NCBI GenBank assembly: GCA_027604505.1
Contig: JADIIX010000116.1
Location: 1 to 64,000 of the forward strand
Source: Gonapodya sp. JEL0774
Taxonomy: Eukaryota
DNA: 64,000 bases
Direction: 5' to 3'
Below the pieces are notes generated by a model. It searched no databases, was not told the DNA's origin, and was given only the letters and a program-made list of their open reading frames with translations. The position numbers and the translations under genes are program-made. Within the stretch, counting starts at the first letter, position 1, and each line of letters begins with the position of its first letter. Positions 1 through 12,060 of this stretch are shown piece after piece.

Positions 1-24
1 CCCCCCGCCCCACAACAAACCCAC

Positions 25-826
25 CAAACCCCTCGCCCAGCTCCACACACTGCATCTCCCTGACGCTCCTTGCGTCTGCCGAGACCTGACCGGTGATCTC
101 GAGGAAGGAGGACCTGTGATCCACCGGGGGGTGGGACAGGGTGGAGACGGTGATGTGGCCGTGGTCGGAGAGGGATAGAGTGATAGCGGAGGTGCCGGTC
201 TGGGGGGGGGCGGTGGGGGGGTTGGGCGGGTTGGGGGGAAGGGCAAGGGGTGAGAAGAGGGAAAGACGGAGACAGGGAAAGGTGAGGGAGGGTGAGAGTG
301 TGAGAGGTGCGATGGGTGAGACAACAGCGGCAGGCAGAGCGATTTTTCGATCGTGAGGAGGGTGACGGTGACGGGTGGGCTGGACGGGATGGACCCTCCG
401 CTCTCCACAACCACAGCACGGTTGAATGACCGGAGAAGTCAAGCGAGCGGGACGAAAGGGACACCAGGCGTGGAAAATATGGAAAAATATGAAAAAAGGG
501 AGGGGAAGTGGGAGGAAGGGGGGTTGTGATGGGCCGAATCAAGGAGATGGAGTGTGTGGACTGGAATAGTCAGTGTATGGCCGGGATGGCCATCACACCA
601 ATACCATCCCTCCGCCCGCCACGTGCCACTCCGCAAAACAAAGGACAGTAGAGAATGGCAAATAGGGAAAGGGGGAATGTATTTGAATCTCCAGCTCCAT
701 ACTCACAGAGACGAGTTTGCCGACGACCTTGACAGTCTGGTTTCTGTAGTTTGCGAGCATGGCCGAGTTTACACGGGGAGTTGGTTTGTCGCCAGAGCCG
801 CCACCGCCTGCAACATAGGTGGACAT
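25..826 (-). CDS. RPA3: Replication protein A 14 kDa subunit (RPA3/Ssb3), 3'-partial; exons ~826-707 and 199-25, continuing off the window edge
   Basis: Exon 1 MSTYVAGGGGSGDKPTPRVNSAMLANYRNQTVKVVGKLVS matches the RPA3 'PRvN..mL..y.g..VrlvGkv' N-terminus. Exon 2 reads ...SSFLEITGQVSADARSVREMQCVELGEGF, the OB-fold 'vEi.G.V' segment. GT-AG boundaries are present. Confidence 0.75.

Positions 827-828
<2 letters not shown>

Positions 829-860
<32 letters not shown>
829..860. repeat. (GA)n microsatellite in the short divergent intergenic region between RPA3 and RTC5
   Basis: About 16 perfect GA units seen directly. Confidence 0.9.
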
Positions 861-865
<5 letters not shown>

Positions 866-970
866 GAGGGAGGGGGGTGGGTGGGGAAGGCGAAGACAGG
901 TGGACCGTGCACAAGGTGGGCTCGGGTGTGGTGGGTGGGTCCGGAGTGTGACCGCAGCTGGGATGATCGG

Positions 971-3900
971 ATGGGAAACGAGAAGAGCAGACCGGGCAGG
1001 GACAGCAGGGACAGCAGGGATGCAAGGGCTCCCAGGGATGCAGCTGCGGCCTCGCCCACTCCCCGCTCCCGGGCTGCGTCGACTGTCTCCCACTCGTCGC
1101 CCTCTCCCTTCCCCGCCTTCCCCCCCTCCCACCCCATGACGTCACTGCCTCCCCTCCCTCTCCGCAATCTCGCCCATCTCAAATCGCTCTTCTCCCCTCT
1201 CGAACTCGCCGCTCTCAACGACATTTTCAACGGGCTCGCCCGTCACTCCGCCAGACTCGCAGCCAGGGCCACTCGCACTCGCAACGACTCCCCTGCTCTG
1301 TCCCCAGCTGTCTCGGCCACTGATCTTGCTGCCCACTCCGCGCCTGTGACCACAGACACCGAAAAAACTGTCTCTGAAGAAGCCTTTGTGGTGAGTCGCC
1401 CCTTTGCCCCCTCCACCGCTGTTGTGTGTGGGGACTCGCAAAGCTCCCGTGTGGCACAGTGACAGTGCCGTGATGCGGTTGTGGACGGGGGGGAACGGGG
1501 GGGGATGGGAACCGTCTTACACTCCACCTACGAGTGCCCCCCAAGTTGTCCCCACGGGGTGTTCAACCACTCTGATCACCCCCATCACACACCACCAACC
1601 TCACCCGTGTCAATGTCAAATGTTGTTGCCACTTTTGAAAGTGTGCAAATATCTCCCCATCACACCGTGGCCCAGTGAGACTCGTGGCGCCCTGTGATCT
1701 TGGTGGCTGGCCGGCTTTGCCCACCAGACTCTGGTTGAATCGAGTGCATCGTGCTGGCTGATGGTGTGGACTTGTTATGTGGTCCGCTCACAGGAGCCCT
1801 GTGCTCACAAATCGCCCGTCGAGGGCGTCCTCCTCGGGGTGCTCAGAAAAAACGTCGGGTTGGCAAAGTTGCGTGTTTGCACAAATGAGTCGCGGACATG
1901 CCCACCGCGGTGCTCTCAGCGCCGCCCGAATCATTACACACGCTGTCGCTGTGGTGGTCCGTGGTTGTGGTGATGCTCTTCGAAGAGTGAGGCGCGGGAC
2001 ACAGGACGCAGGTCAGGGTTGGGGATTGGGGTTGCGCGAGGGCAGTGCTCTCTGGTGTTATGTTGGCACTCCGGCTGGTCTTTCCCACCAATACCTTACA
2101 CCATCGCACCCCATTCCCATTCCCACTCTACCCCTAAAGGACTACCTCAACCTCCCCTCCGTCACCCTCGTCTTCCCATCCTCACCTCCCCCACGTCCGT
2201 CCACCTCATCTCCCTCCCCCACCCCCACCACCACCCCCACCACCACAATCACCATCAACCCCGCCTCTGTCCTCTTCCACTGCTTCCGCAACGTATCACT
2301 GTTTCCACCAGCACCCGCAGCACCACCCCAGTCCCCTCCGACGGCCCCCACACCCCCACTCCGCCCGGGCCTCACCTACCCCCAGTTCCTCCAATCCGTA
2401 TGCTTCTTCTCCCCTGCCATCGAGCACATCATGCCCCAGGACTCGAAACTGTGGGTCGCCGTGCTGTGGATGGCGGGGGCCGTGGCGGGGGCGGTGGAGG
2501 TGGGGGCGGCGGGAGAGGGCGAGGGGGAGGGCGAGAAGAGCGGGACGGCACAGGGCGACGCAAGCGCAGACGCAGACCCACGTGCAAGTGTTTCCGACCC
2601 CGCACCTGCACCTGCACATGCGCCCGCCGACCCTCCCCGTCCCCACCACCCGTCCACCCCACCCACCGACCCCCACCCCGACTCCGCTCCCGCCGACCCC
2701 GACGACTTCGACGCCCTCCTCCGCTCCTTCGAGGCCTCCATACCCTCGTCGGCCTCCTCGTCTCCGTCCCGGGCCACCGCCACCTCGCTCGCCCCCTCCC
2801 CTTCTCCTTCCCCTGCTCCCGCCGCGAATACCACCACCACCACCACCACCCCAGCCCTCGTATCACCCACGCCCACACCAATCAAGAACAAGTTCCCGTT
2901 CGTGAAGGGGGCCGCGGCGGTGTTGAAGACGGCGGGGGGGGGCGGGGTGGGCGGTGTAGCACCGGCTCAGACCGCAGGCACAGCCACACCCAACCCAACC
3001 CCCTCCCCCACCCCATCCGGCCCCCGCACACTCTCACCCTCTCTGCCCATCTCCCCGTCGCTGATTCCGTCGCTGTCGTCGCTCTTCTCCCCCGCACCCG
3101 CACTCCCACCGCACCCCGCGACGCACACAGTCCACTACCTCCTCCCCCCCACCACCCTCACGGCCCTCCTCGCCGCCTGCGCGTGGTCCCTCGCACTCCA
3201 CATCCACCACGCGTCGGTCGAGGCTGATTCAGGCGGGCAACGGGCAGGGTCCGCCGCACCGGTACAGGGGGGCAGGGCGCGGGGCATCAAGCAGGAACCC
3301 GTGCCCGCGCCGTCTGTGACGACCGATCCGGCCGTCATGGCGCTGTTCGGGCTGTCCGCAGTGGAGGCGGCGGAGGCCGAGGCCGAGGCCGAGACGCGCG
3401 ATGCACCCCAGACCACCCGGGCGCTGCTCAAGTTGCCGGCGCAAGATCCGACCGGGTTGGTCCCATTTGATACGGAGGGAGTCACGGCGCTCGTGGGCGC
3501 CGTCGGGGGGGCCGGCGGGGGGGCCGGACGGGGTGGGCCCGTCGTCGTGCCCCGCGTGGTGGGACTCGCACCACCCACCACCACCACCACCCCGCCGCCC
3601 ATGCCCCTGCCTCCGCTCCACCCCAACCACGGCATCCCCTTCGCCGTCTTCGCCGACTGGGTCAACACGTACGCGCCGAATTTTGTCCATGTGCTGCGGG
3701 CTTTGGTGTGCTCGAGGTTCCTCAAGGGGGACGTGTGGAATTTGCCGAGGGGGACGGGAGAGGGAGCGGGAACGGGAACGGGAACGGGGACAGAGGACAC
3801 TGTGGCAGGCGTGGCCGTGGCCGTGGGCGCAGGTTCGGGTGGGCAGAAAGGGCAGTTGAAGACGAGGCCTGTGGCGTGGCGGTTGGGGATGCAGGAGGGG

Positions 3901-5409
3901 AGCGGGGGTGGGGTGGCGGGGACGGGGACGGGGACCGGTGTGCCCGAGTTTCAGTTTCCGTTCGCGCCAATCGTCATCCCCCCACCACCACCACTTCCCG
4001 TACCGACCTCCACATCCACACAACCATCCCCCTCGTCGCCCCCCTCCCCGACCCCCCCGTCCCCGCACATGACCGCCTCGTTCGCCGCCTTCCTCCACCT
4101 CACATCGCCCGCGTTCCTCCCTGCCCACCCTGCCTCCCTCCACCTCCTCTACCACTCGCCAACCCACGGGTCCTCGCTCAACAGGTTCCTGACCCACGTG
4201 GGGAGGTACACGGCGGGCACGGTCGTGGTCGTGCGGGGCACGGTGGGCGGCGCGGGTGGTGGGGGCGGTGGTGGTGGAGCGGGGAGGAAGGTGCCTGGGA
4301 TCGACTACGGGGAGCCCGGTGCGGCCGTGGTGGTGGTCCTGGTGGTGGACGAGATGTGGAAGGAGAAGGCGGCGTTTGGGGGGATCGGGACCAGGGTGGG
4401 CGTGCTGGCGGACGGGAGGTGGGATGTGGTGAGGCCGTTGGGGGCCGGAGGGGGGGCGGGGGTGAGGGTGGAGAAGGACGGCAAGTCGAAGTCCGGCGAA
4501 AACCCGGTGGACTTGAAGTATGTGACGGTGCACAAGGATATGGGAGTGTGCGTGGGGCCGCGAGTGGCGATGGGTGCCCCTGTGGGTGGACAGGGCAGCG
4601 TGAGAGCCTTGACGCCCTCGGTGGACTCGGGCGGAGGCGGAGGAGGGGGAAGGGGAGTAGGCGGTGGAGGCGGAAGCGGGACGACCGCCTACTCGTACGT
4701 GATGACCATCAACCCAAACTTTTCCGTCGCGACGTTTTCGTCGGATGTGTTGACGCCGTCGAGTTTCACTAGGCCGGCCGTGTTGACCTCGGCCAGGACT
4801 GGAGGCGCTTCGGCTTCGGCTTTGCGATCTGGTGGGGGACCGATGAAGGCGGCGGTGCAGCTCCAGGGTGTGCAGTGGACGGTGGACGTGCAGGAGGTGA
4901 CGGCTTTTGGAATGGGGGGGTGGGCGGGGTGGGAGAGGCAGAGGCGGGAAATGGAGTTTGAGAAGTCGGCGGCCATGAAGAGGGCAGAGGTGGGTGTTTT
5001 GGAATGGCGGCTGGCGGGGTCACAGAGTCAATGCCGGCGGTTTGTGGTGGTGCTGGTGGTGGTGGTGTGATGACTGTGATGATTGTTGTTTCTTTCGGGG
5101 GTCGTGCGGTAGTGTGCATGTTTGTTGAGGGCACCACTCAACAGCACTCAATCTTGCTCTCTTTCCCCGCAATCCGCCCACCGTCCCCACCACCCCCACC
5201 ACGTCCTACCAACTCAATCTCGTGTCCAACCAACACGAAAACCCTTTTCCCCGTTCGTGCCCGGACCGGTGACCCAGGTCAATGTGCGGAAAGCCGGTGG
5301 CGAGATCGACCGGGAAATCCTCAAGATGGCCGGTCTCTTGGACTCTGCGGTGGATGAGCATGGCATTGAGAGGTACAGGACGGAGAAGGAGAAGGAGAGG
5401 GAGTGGTGA
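971..5409 (+). CDS. RTC5: TLDc-domain protein, Rtc5/MEAK7 family, probably N-myristoylated; exons ~971-1390, 2140-4989, 5278-5409
   Basis: N-terminal MGNEKS fits the MGxxxS myristoylation motif. TLDc start is LLYHSPTHGSSLNRFLTHVGRY and end is VQEVTAFGMGG. The family-type C-terminus is QRREMEFEK...DREILKMAGLL. Many Pro/Gly low-complexity insertions. Confidence 0.75.
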
Positions 5410-6356
5410 ACGGAGTCGGTGGTGGGGTTCGGGGAAATTGTATCACGGCTCGGGACGGTCAGGAGGAACCAGAACTACGTGGAGTCAATTCAACTGGAAC
5501 ATGCAAACGGAGGTGTGCTGGCAAGGGAAAGAAGCCATTTCTTACCAGTGTTCTAGGAGCGACTTTAGAACAGGATAAGGTGACATTGACTGATTCTGAT
5601 TCTGATGAATTTTCCAAGCACAATTTTATGCAAATAAATTTTCTGCAAAAGTTGATAGAATGCGGATAAAGTGAATGAGAGAAACTATGTTTCTTTGGGG
5701 CGAAACCATCACAAAGCGTTTTGCAGATATGTGGTATACTGGGCACCTTGTCGCATTTTGCAAACCCCCCCACCTCCCTCTATTTGTGGACACACATAAA
5801 AGGCCGGTGCCACTTCTTATTTGGCGGCCCCGGTTCGTGGTGGCGACAGACCGGGGCACGCCACGGAGAGCCGGGGCAGAAGAAGAGATGGCAGCGTTGT
5901 TACCGTTGCTACGAGTCTCCGCCATTGTCCCATGGAGGGAATTTGGTGGGTTTTGAAAAATGTGAAAGCGATGACGACACCTGCAACCCTTGTCAGCACT
6001 TTCGGCAAGCACACCGTTCGGCAACAGACCGTCAGCTGCTTTTTGAACTGTACGCGAACAACGATTCACTTGAAACTTCCACCGAAAAAGCATATTCAGA
6101 AGCACGTATTTACTCCCAAATGTTTCGTACCCAGAACGTTGTGGCATCGCTAGTCCGCAATCGCATCGCGGGAAGCGCGAGAAAGGTGGGCGTGGGCCGG
6201 CTCGCGCGAGGACGGTCAAGGGGCATCCCACGGGGGAAAAAATCGATACAAGTGCCAGGAGTGCTGTTGCTTGATGACGAGTTGCTGGACTTGAATGGCT
6301 GGTCGGAGGGGTCTTGTGGGGATTTCGAGTTGGTGACGGACGCCAGCCCTAACGCA

Positions 6357-8671
6357 ATGATTCGCTCTGTTTCGGTTTCGTTTTGGAGAAAAGATCAACG
6401 CGACATTAGCAAAGCGGTCGATTGCTCATGATTCATACAACGTCCAAGTGTGAGTGTTGAGTGCTTTCGGGGTGAAGTCGATCTATTGTGACTCATCTCC
6501 ATTCTGCTCTGCTTCATCCACTGGGCGAATTTCTTCATAGCGCGGGACTCCCTCCAGCTGTAGAAGAGGTCAGACATTGTCACATTGTTCCCCATGATCC
6601 GTTTTCCACCCACCCCACCGAGTCTGACGGACCTCCAAACTCTTTATCAGATGCGCCAAGTCGCCCACGAATGGGCTCAGAGGGAGTTGGCACCCATTGC
6701 TGCAGAAGTAGATCGGACCAACCAATTTCCCATGGACATGTGGAAGAAGATGGGGGATATGGGATTCTTGGGGATAACGGCACCTGGTGAGCGTTGGGTG
6801 CATTTGCAGCTAGAGCAGGAGAAAGACACCCCTCCTCGCGTCACCCACCCCTCCACCTCCCCCATCTCTCAAGAGCAATACGGCGGCACACAGATGGGCT
6901 ACCTCGCCCACGTTGTCATCATGGAAGAACTTTCCCGCGCCTCTGGCTCTGTCGCTCTCTCATACGGCGCCCACTCCAACTTATGCGTCAACCAGCTCGT
7001 CCGGAACGGCAACGAAGCACAAAAGAGCAAGTACTTGCCGGATTTGATCGCGGGAGATAAAGTGGGCGCGTTGGCCATGTCCGAACCAGGGAGTGGGAGC
7101 GATGTGGTGTCCATGAAGTTGAGGGCGGATTTCAAAGGTGTGTATGTGTATTTGTGGGTGTGGGATGGATTGGGACGGGAGGGAGGGGTGGGGTGACCGG
7201 TGTGTGGGTGATGATGAGCAAGTTTCCCCAGCGAGGAACCTAATCACCCCCGAACGAGCTAAAATTTGACAATTCCAAACTCTCTTCGTCAAGGTGATCA
7301 CTACGTTCTGAACGGAAACAAAATGTGGATCACCAATGGGCCCGATGCGGTGAGTAAATGGTGTCCCCTGAATCAGTTCTATAGGCATCACCACGACTTC
7401 ACAACGCATGTCACCCGGGTTACTGTCTCCCCCAGGACGTTCTCATCGTCTACGCGAAAACGGATGTCACCAAGGGACCCCACGGAATCACTGCATTCAT
7501 CATTGAAAAGGTACATGATGAACCAGCCCGGTTTCGTGTCGTATCTGGCCACTTCTTTCTCTCCAACGTTGCAAACCCTCCCTTCCACCAACCACAAACC
7601 CCCCCTATGCACACCGGGCGTCCACTTCTTCTTCCCTCTAGGGCATGAAAGGCTTCACAACCGCGCAAAAGCTCGACAAACTCGGCATGCGCGGGTCCAA
7701 CACGTGCGAGCTCGTCTTCGACAACGTGGAAGTCCCCGCAGAGAACGTGCTGGGCAGTGTGGGGAAGGGTGTGTACGTGCTCATGAGCGGGTTGGATCTG
7801 GAAAGATTGGTTCTGGCCGGCGGGCCACTCGGGTATGTGCAATTGCGACGACGCTCTGTTATCGCTTTCTGGCGCAATTGCTTTTGTACGACATTGTACA
7901 AATCCTCCTTCTTGTTCTTCCAACTCTGTAGACTTATGCAGGCATGTTTGGATGTCGTTGTACCTTACGTGCACGACCGAAAGCAGTTCGGGCAGCGAAT
8001 CGGCGAGTTCCAGGTTCGCGTCCGTCGCGCTCGTCCAAACACATCCCCTCTCCTCACGCACCACCCATTGGCCTCACCCGCCACCGCTCCCCCATCTCAC
8101 CGTTTGTGCCCTTCCAGTTCATCCAAGGGAAACTCGCGGACATGTACACGAAACTTGGTGCTTCCCGCGCCTACACGTACGCCGTCGGTCGAGCCGCAGA
8201 GGCCGGCCACGCATCGAACAAGGATTGCGCGGGCGTGATTCTGTATTCGGCGGAGAGGGCGACCGAATGTGCACTAGGTTCGTGATTTGTTGTGGTACGC
8301 ATGACCAGGCCCTGGTCAAACGGGGGATTTCGGCCGTGCGAGGGGTTGCTCATGCCACCGTCAAATTTTTCCTTCCTACGGCATCTCTGTTCTCAGATGC
8401 TATTCAATGTTTGGGTGGTAACGGTTACATCAACGACTACCCGACCGGGCGGATACTGCGAGATGCCAAACTGTACGAAATCGGCGCCGGAACGAGCGAG
8501 ATCAGACGGATGCTTATTGGTCGGGAATGTGAGTTGGGCGCGTTTTGGGTTTTCGAAACTGGCACTTGTGCACCCCCATGACATTACTTTCCACAACCCC
8601 ACCTCCCTTTCCTCGCCCTTTCGCGTGGTGTTCTCTCCACAGTCAACAAAACATTCAGTAAGTCGAAATAG
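6357..8671 (+). CDS. IVD: Isovaleryl-CoA dehydrogenase, mitochondrial; multi-exon, 5' exons approximate
   Basis: Motifs [93 protein letters not shown] and [40 protein letters not shown]. Confidence 0.95.
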
Positions 8672-8771
8672 CGTGTGTAATGACCGGTCTCTCGGTGACA
8701 CCGTTGGCACCTCGCCAGAAGAAAAATAAATCGAATATTACATACACCGACGCCTATGTTACCTTTTGTAA

Positions 8772-11700
8772 TTAATGCAAATACGATGACGGTCCCACTG
8801 CATCACCCCACGCCCCGCCACTTGCCATTGCCGGACTGGTCGCCGCGTACCCCTGATCCAGCAGACCTGCCGCACTCGCACCCGCACCACCAGGGATCGC
8901 TGGCGGGGATCCGTTCATTGCGTTTTCTTTTTGGAGGCGCTCGAGGACGCGCTTTTTGTGCGAGGATATGAGGACGTAAAGAAGGGAAGGTACTGTGGGG
9001 CACGAGAGGAAACCCCAACGAAAGGTGTGTGATTCTTTAATTCTCGCACCATCCATTGGACTAGCCCACCAGCGTTGCAGTTTCAATCCTCACCTATGAG
9101 TACGATGCCCGCAATACCTGCAATTACACCGTACACCAGTGCGTTGTTGGTTGTATACACGGGTTTGTTTGGATCGACGGTCGTGGTGTTGGTCACGTTG
9201 GGGAAGGTGTTGTTGTTCTGGATGATGGGTATGGTGATGTTCAAGGTCGTATTTGTGAGAGTGGTGTCGGTGGGGGGTATGTATGGGGCCACGGGGGGTT
9301 TGATGTCTGGGGAGGAGTCGCAGCAGGATGTGGAAGGGGATGGGGGATGGGGGGCGGGGCGATTCCAAGAACAGAAAGTGAGCAATAGACACTGAATAGA
9401 AATGTCGAGCGAGAGATACTCACATGTTTGTGGCACCGTGTATGTATACACGCAATCCTAACGACGGATCGATTTCAGCGCCACCCCACCGATCACCCTC
9501 CACGGTCGCGACCCCGCTCACCTCCACCGGCGCCCCCACCACCATCGCCCACCAATTCACGCTCAGCCCGACCCCGAAATGATCCGGACTGTAACTCGAC
9601 CCCGCGGGCGTGGCGGCGCTCTTCTTGAGCGACGCGACCCGTGCGAACGAGTACCCGTACGTGGCCGACGACGCGCCCGTGGACACGTTGGCGAAAGCGC
9701 CCGCAAGGAGCTCGTCCCCGATGCTGGGCTTGACGCCCCTATAGTACACGTGGGCCTCTCCAGACCCGGTTGCGTCGTTGACGGGGTCGGTGACGACCAG
9801 GAACCGTGCGTCTGGCGTCATGGCCAGACTTGCGCCGAAAAAGCTGTGGTCACGTTGGTAGTGTTTGCGGACAGGTGTGGTGGACGTCCACGCTGCGTCG
9901 CCTGGTGCTCGGTAGAGCCCGTGGACGCGGGTGGATTCCCTTGGCGCGGCGATCTGGACGTGGACGCGGCCCGAGGTGGGGTCGGAGGCCATGGCGATCG
10001 CGCGGCCAAAGTAGTCTTCTTGTTTGTAGGACGATGTGGAGGAGAGGTTTGCGGCCCATATGGTGTCCGAGGATGGGGCCAGGGCGAAGAGACCCGAGGT
10101 GGTGTTGTACCGGAAGATTTTCACCACACCGGCGGGGGACATCCATGTCGGGTCTGTGACGACGTAGTCGCGGAGGGCGAGGGTCAGGTTTGCCAAGGAT
10201 GTTCCCGATACGGTGAAGTCCACGCCCAGAGTTCCCATCGCCACGGGGCTGGCGATGGCCAGCTGTTGCCTGTACGAGAACCCCTTTGCGGCTGTGGCGT
10301 TGCGTTGAAAGACGTAAACGCCCGATCTGACCACGTCGGCGGGTATGCGGTTGGTGTTCCAGGATTGGTCGCACAGGTTGGCGTTGTTGGTGTTGCACTG
10401 GTACCCGTCGGTGCCGCCGTTGACGGCCACGAAGAGGAAGGTGGAGTTGGGGTCCGTGGAGAAGAGGACTTTGGAGCCGAATTTGTCCCAGACCTGGGTG
10501 GGTGGGGGGGGGGGGGGGGCGGGTTGGGAGGGAGGGGCGAACAAAGAGGTATTGGGCGAGGTTACGTGGGATGGGGTAGGAGCGACAGGCAGCGAGGGTC
10601 CCCTGTGACGTTGTATCGGGATTTAGCACCTACCCTTTGAGTGACGCCGACGTCTGTGATGAGCAGCTCGTTGTTCGTGAGGTTCGTGACCGTGGCCCCG
10701 CTCACGGAGTAAATCTTGACCGCCCCGACTGTGAACTTGAACCCGGATGAATCAGCGTTCGCGCCTCGTCCCGGCACGCCCACCGCGAGCAAGGACGAGT
10801 CTGTGGACCAGGCGAGGGACATGCCAAAGAGGGACCACTCGAAGGAGGAGAACGTGTTGTTCCACGATCGGGTGGACCACACTGTGCTGGCGACCAAGGG
10901 GTCCACCATGGAAGCGAGCTGGGTCCAGGAGACGGAGGAGGGCATGGACGTGATTTGGGAGGCGACGGTGTCGACGGGGACGCAGACGGGTACGAGGGTG
11001 GACGAGTACGGGACGGTGCAGTTCGTGTAGAATGTAGAGGGGTCGAGGGAGGAGGTGGCGTCGGGGGAGGTGATGTTGGCCAGGCAGGTGGAGGAGACGA
11101 GTTGGCCGGTGGCGTTGTTGGGACACCAGGCGAAGAAGACGTTGCTGGTGTTGGTTGGCGAAGGGGTCGAGGTGGAGTAGATGTGGACCTGGAACGGGGG
11201 AGGGGAGTGGGCGCCGTGATGATGAGGCCGGTGAGGAAAGGGAAATCGTGAGTGTGGCCGGGCGGCGGTGCGGTGCGCGAACAAGAGGTGTAACGACGCA
11301 ACAAATCTGCACCCACGCTGCTGTCCCAGGGCTTTCCAACAGCCTAAACGATTTAAAAAAAAGTATCAGCGAGGCAGCGCGACAAACGAGTGGTTTGGTG
11401 GGGGGGCCATATTCGCGATCGCGATCCGAGACGAACCAGGAGGGTCCTGTTTTGCATGCCGTTGGACAAGGCGACAGAATAGCCAAACATTCCACCACCC
11501 CAGCTACGCTCTCCAACACCAAATCCCGTGCACGTTTTTGAACCAGCGTTGGCGTCGACGGAGTAAAGGAGGATGGGATCGTTCACGGCGGCGTGGCAAG
11601 TTGGGGCGAGACAAGCGAGCAGCAGAGCGACCACAGCCCCTGATGTCAAAGAAGGAAGGGAAACAAAACAAGGCCATGAAGTACAGTTGGGGGGGTCATT

Positions 11701-11831
11701 GGATGATGAGACAGAGAAAGCAGAAATTGAGCAAGGTACAGACAGATAAGGAGAGAGTAGCGAGGACGGATGGAAGACAGCAGAGTCCAACGATTGAAGG
11801 AGAATGGAAGTAGCAAGGAGCGAGTTCGCAT
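8772..11831 (-). CDS. Type I membrane protein with a seven-repeat FG-GAP (integrin-alpha-like) beta-propeller, a T/N-rich stalk, one TM helix and a ~65 aa tail; start may be 11867
   Basis: Signal-like segment AVVALLLACLAPTCHA. Repeats: MFGYSVAL..LAVGKP..VHIY; LFGMSLAW..LAVGVPG..GAVKIY; KFGSKVLF..SGVYVF; TLGVDFTV..GVVKIF; YFGRAIAM..IAAP; FFGASLAM..VVTDP..GEAHVY; HFGVGLSV..VVGAPVEDCVYIH. TM is ALVYGVIAGIAGIVLIVPSLLYVLI, followed by SSHKKR. Confidence 0.8.
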
Positions 11832-12060
11832 TCGAAGGGGAGCTGCGGTTGTGGACAGATTCAGCATGTGGTTGATGTGGTGTGGTGTGGTGCGGACTGT
11901 GGCCATTGTTGGGGGTGCTCTGTGGCCCGATCATGACTTCGCCGATCATCTGCGTCCCAAGTTCCTATCCCTGTCGCCTCCCCCCCATTCTCTGCTCTCC
12001 CCCTCATTCCTTCCTCGAACTCCAATCTGATCTCCTCCTGCCTGCATCGTTTCCCTCCCA
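11832..12060. promoter_or_regulatory. Putative bidirectional promoter shared by the FG-GAP and PA14/NPxY receptor genes
   Basis: Divergent start codons about 200-230 bp apart, with pyrimidine-rich leaders on each strand. Inferred from geometry only. Confidence 0.5.

Noticed and set aside
2019..4772. Long alternative-frame and antisense ORFs over RTC5, with similar cases at 9579-10640, 19262-20128 and 59483-62574
   Set aside because: Shadow ORFs expected from GC-rich codon usage opposite real genes.
5420..6350. Several overlapping ORFs of 90-236 aa between RTC5 and IVD
   Set aside because: No recognisable motifs and no consistent spliced model. Treated as UTR or intergenic.
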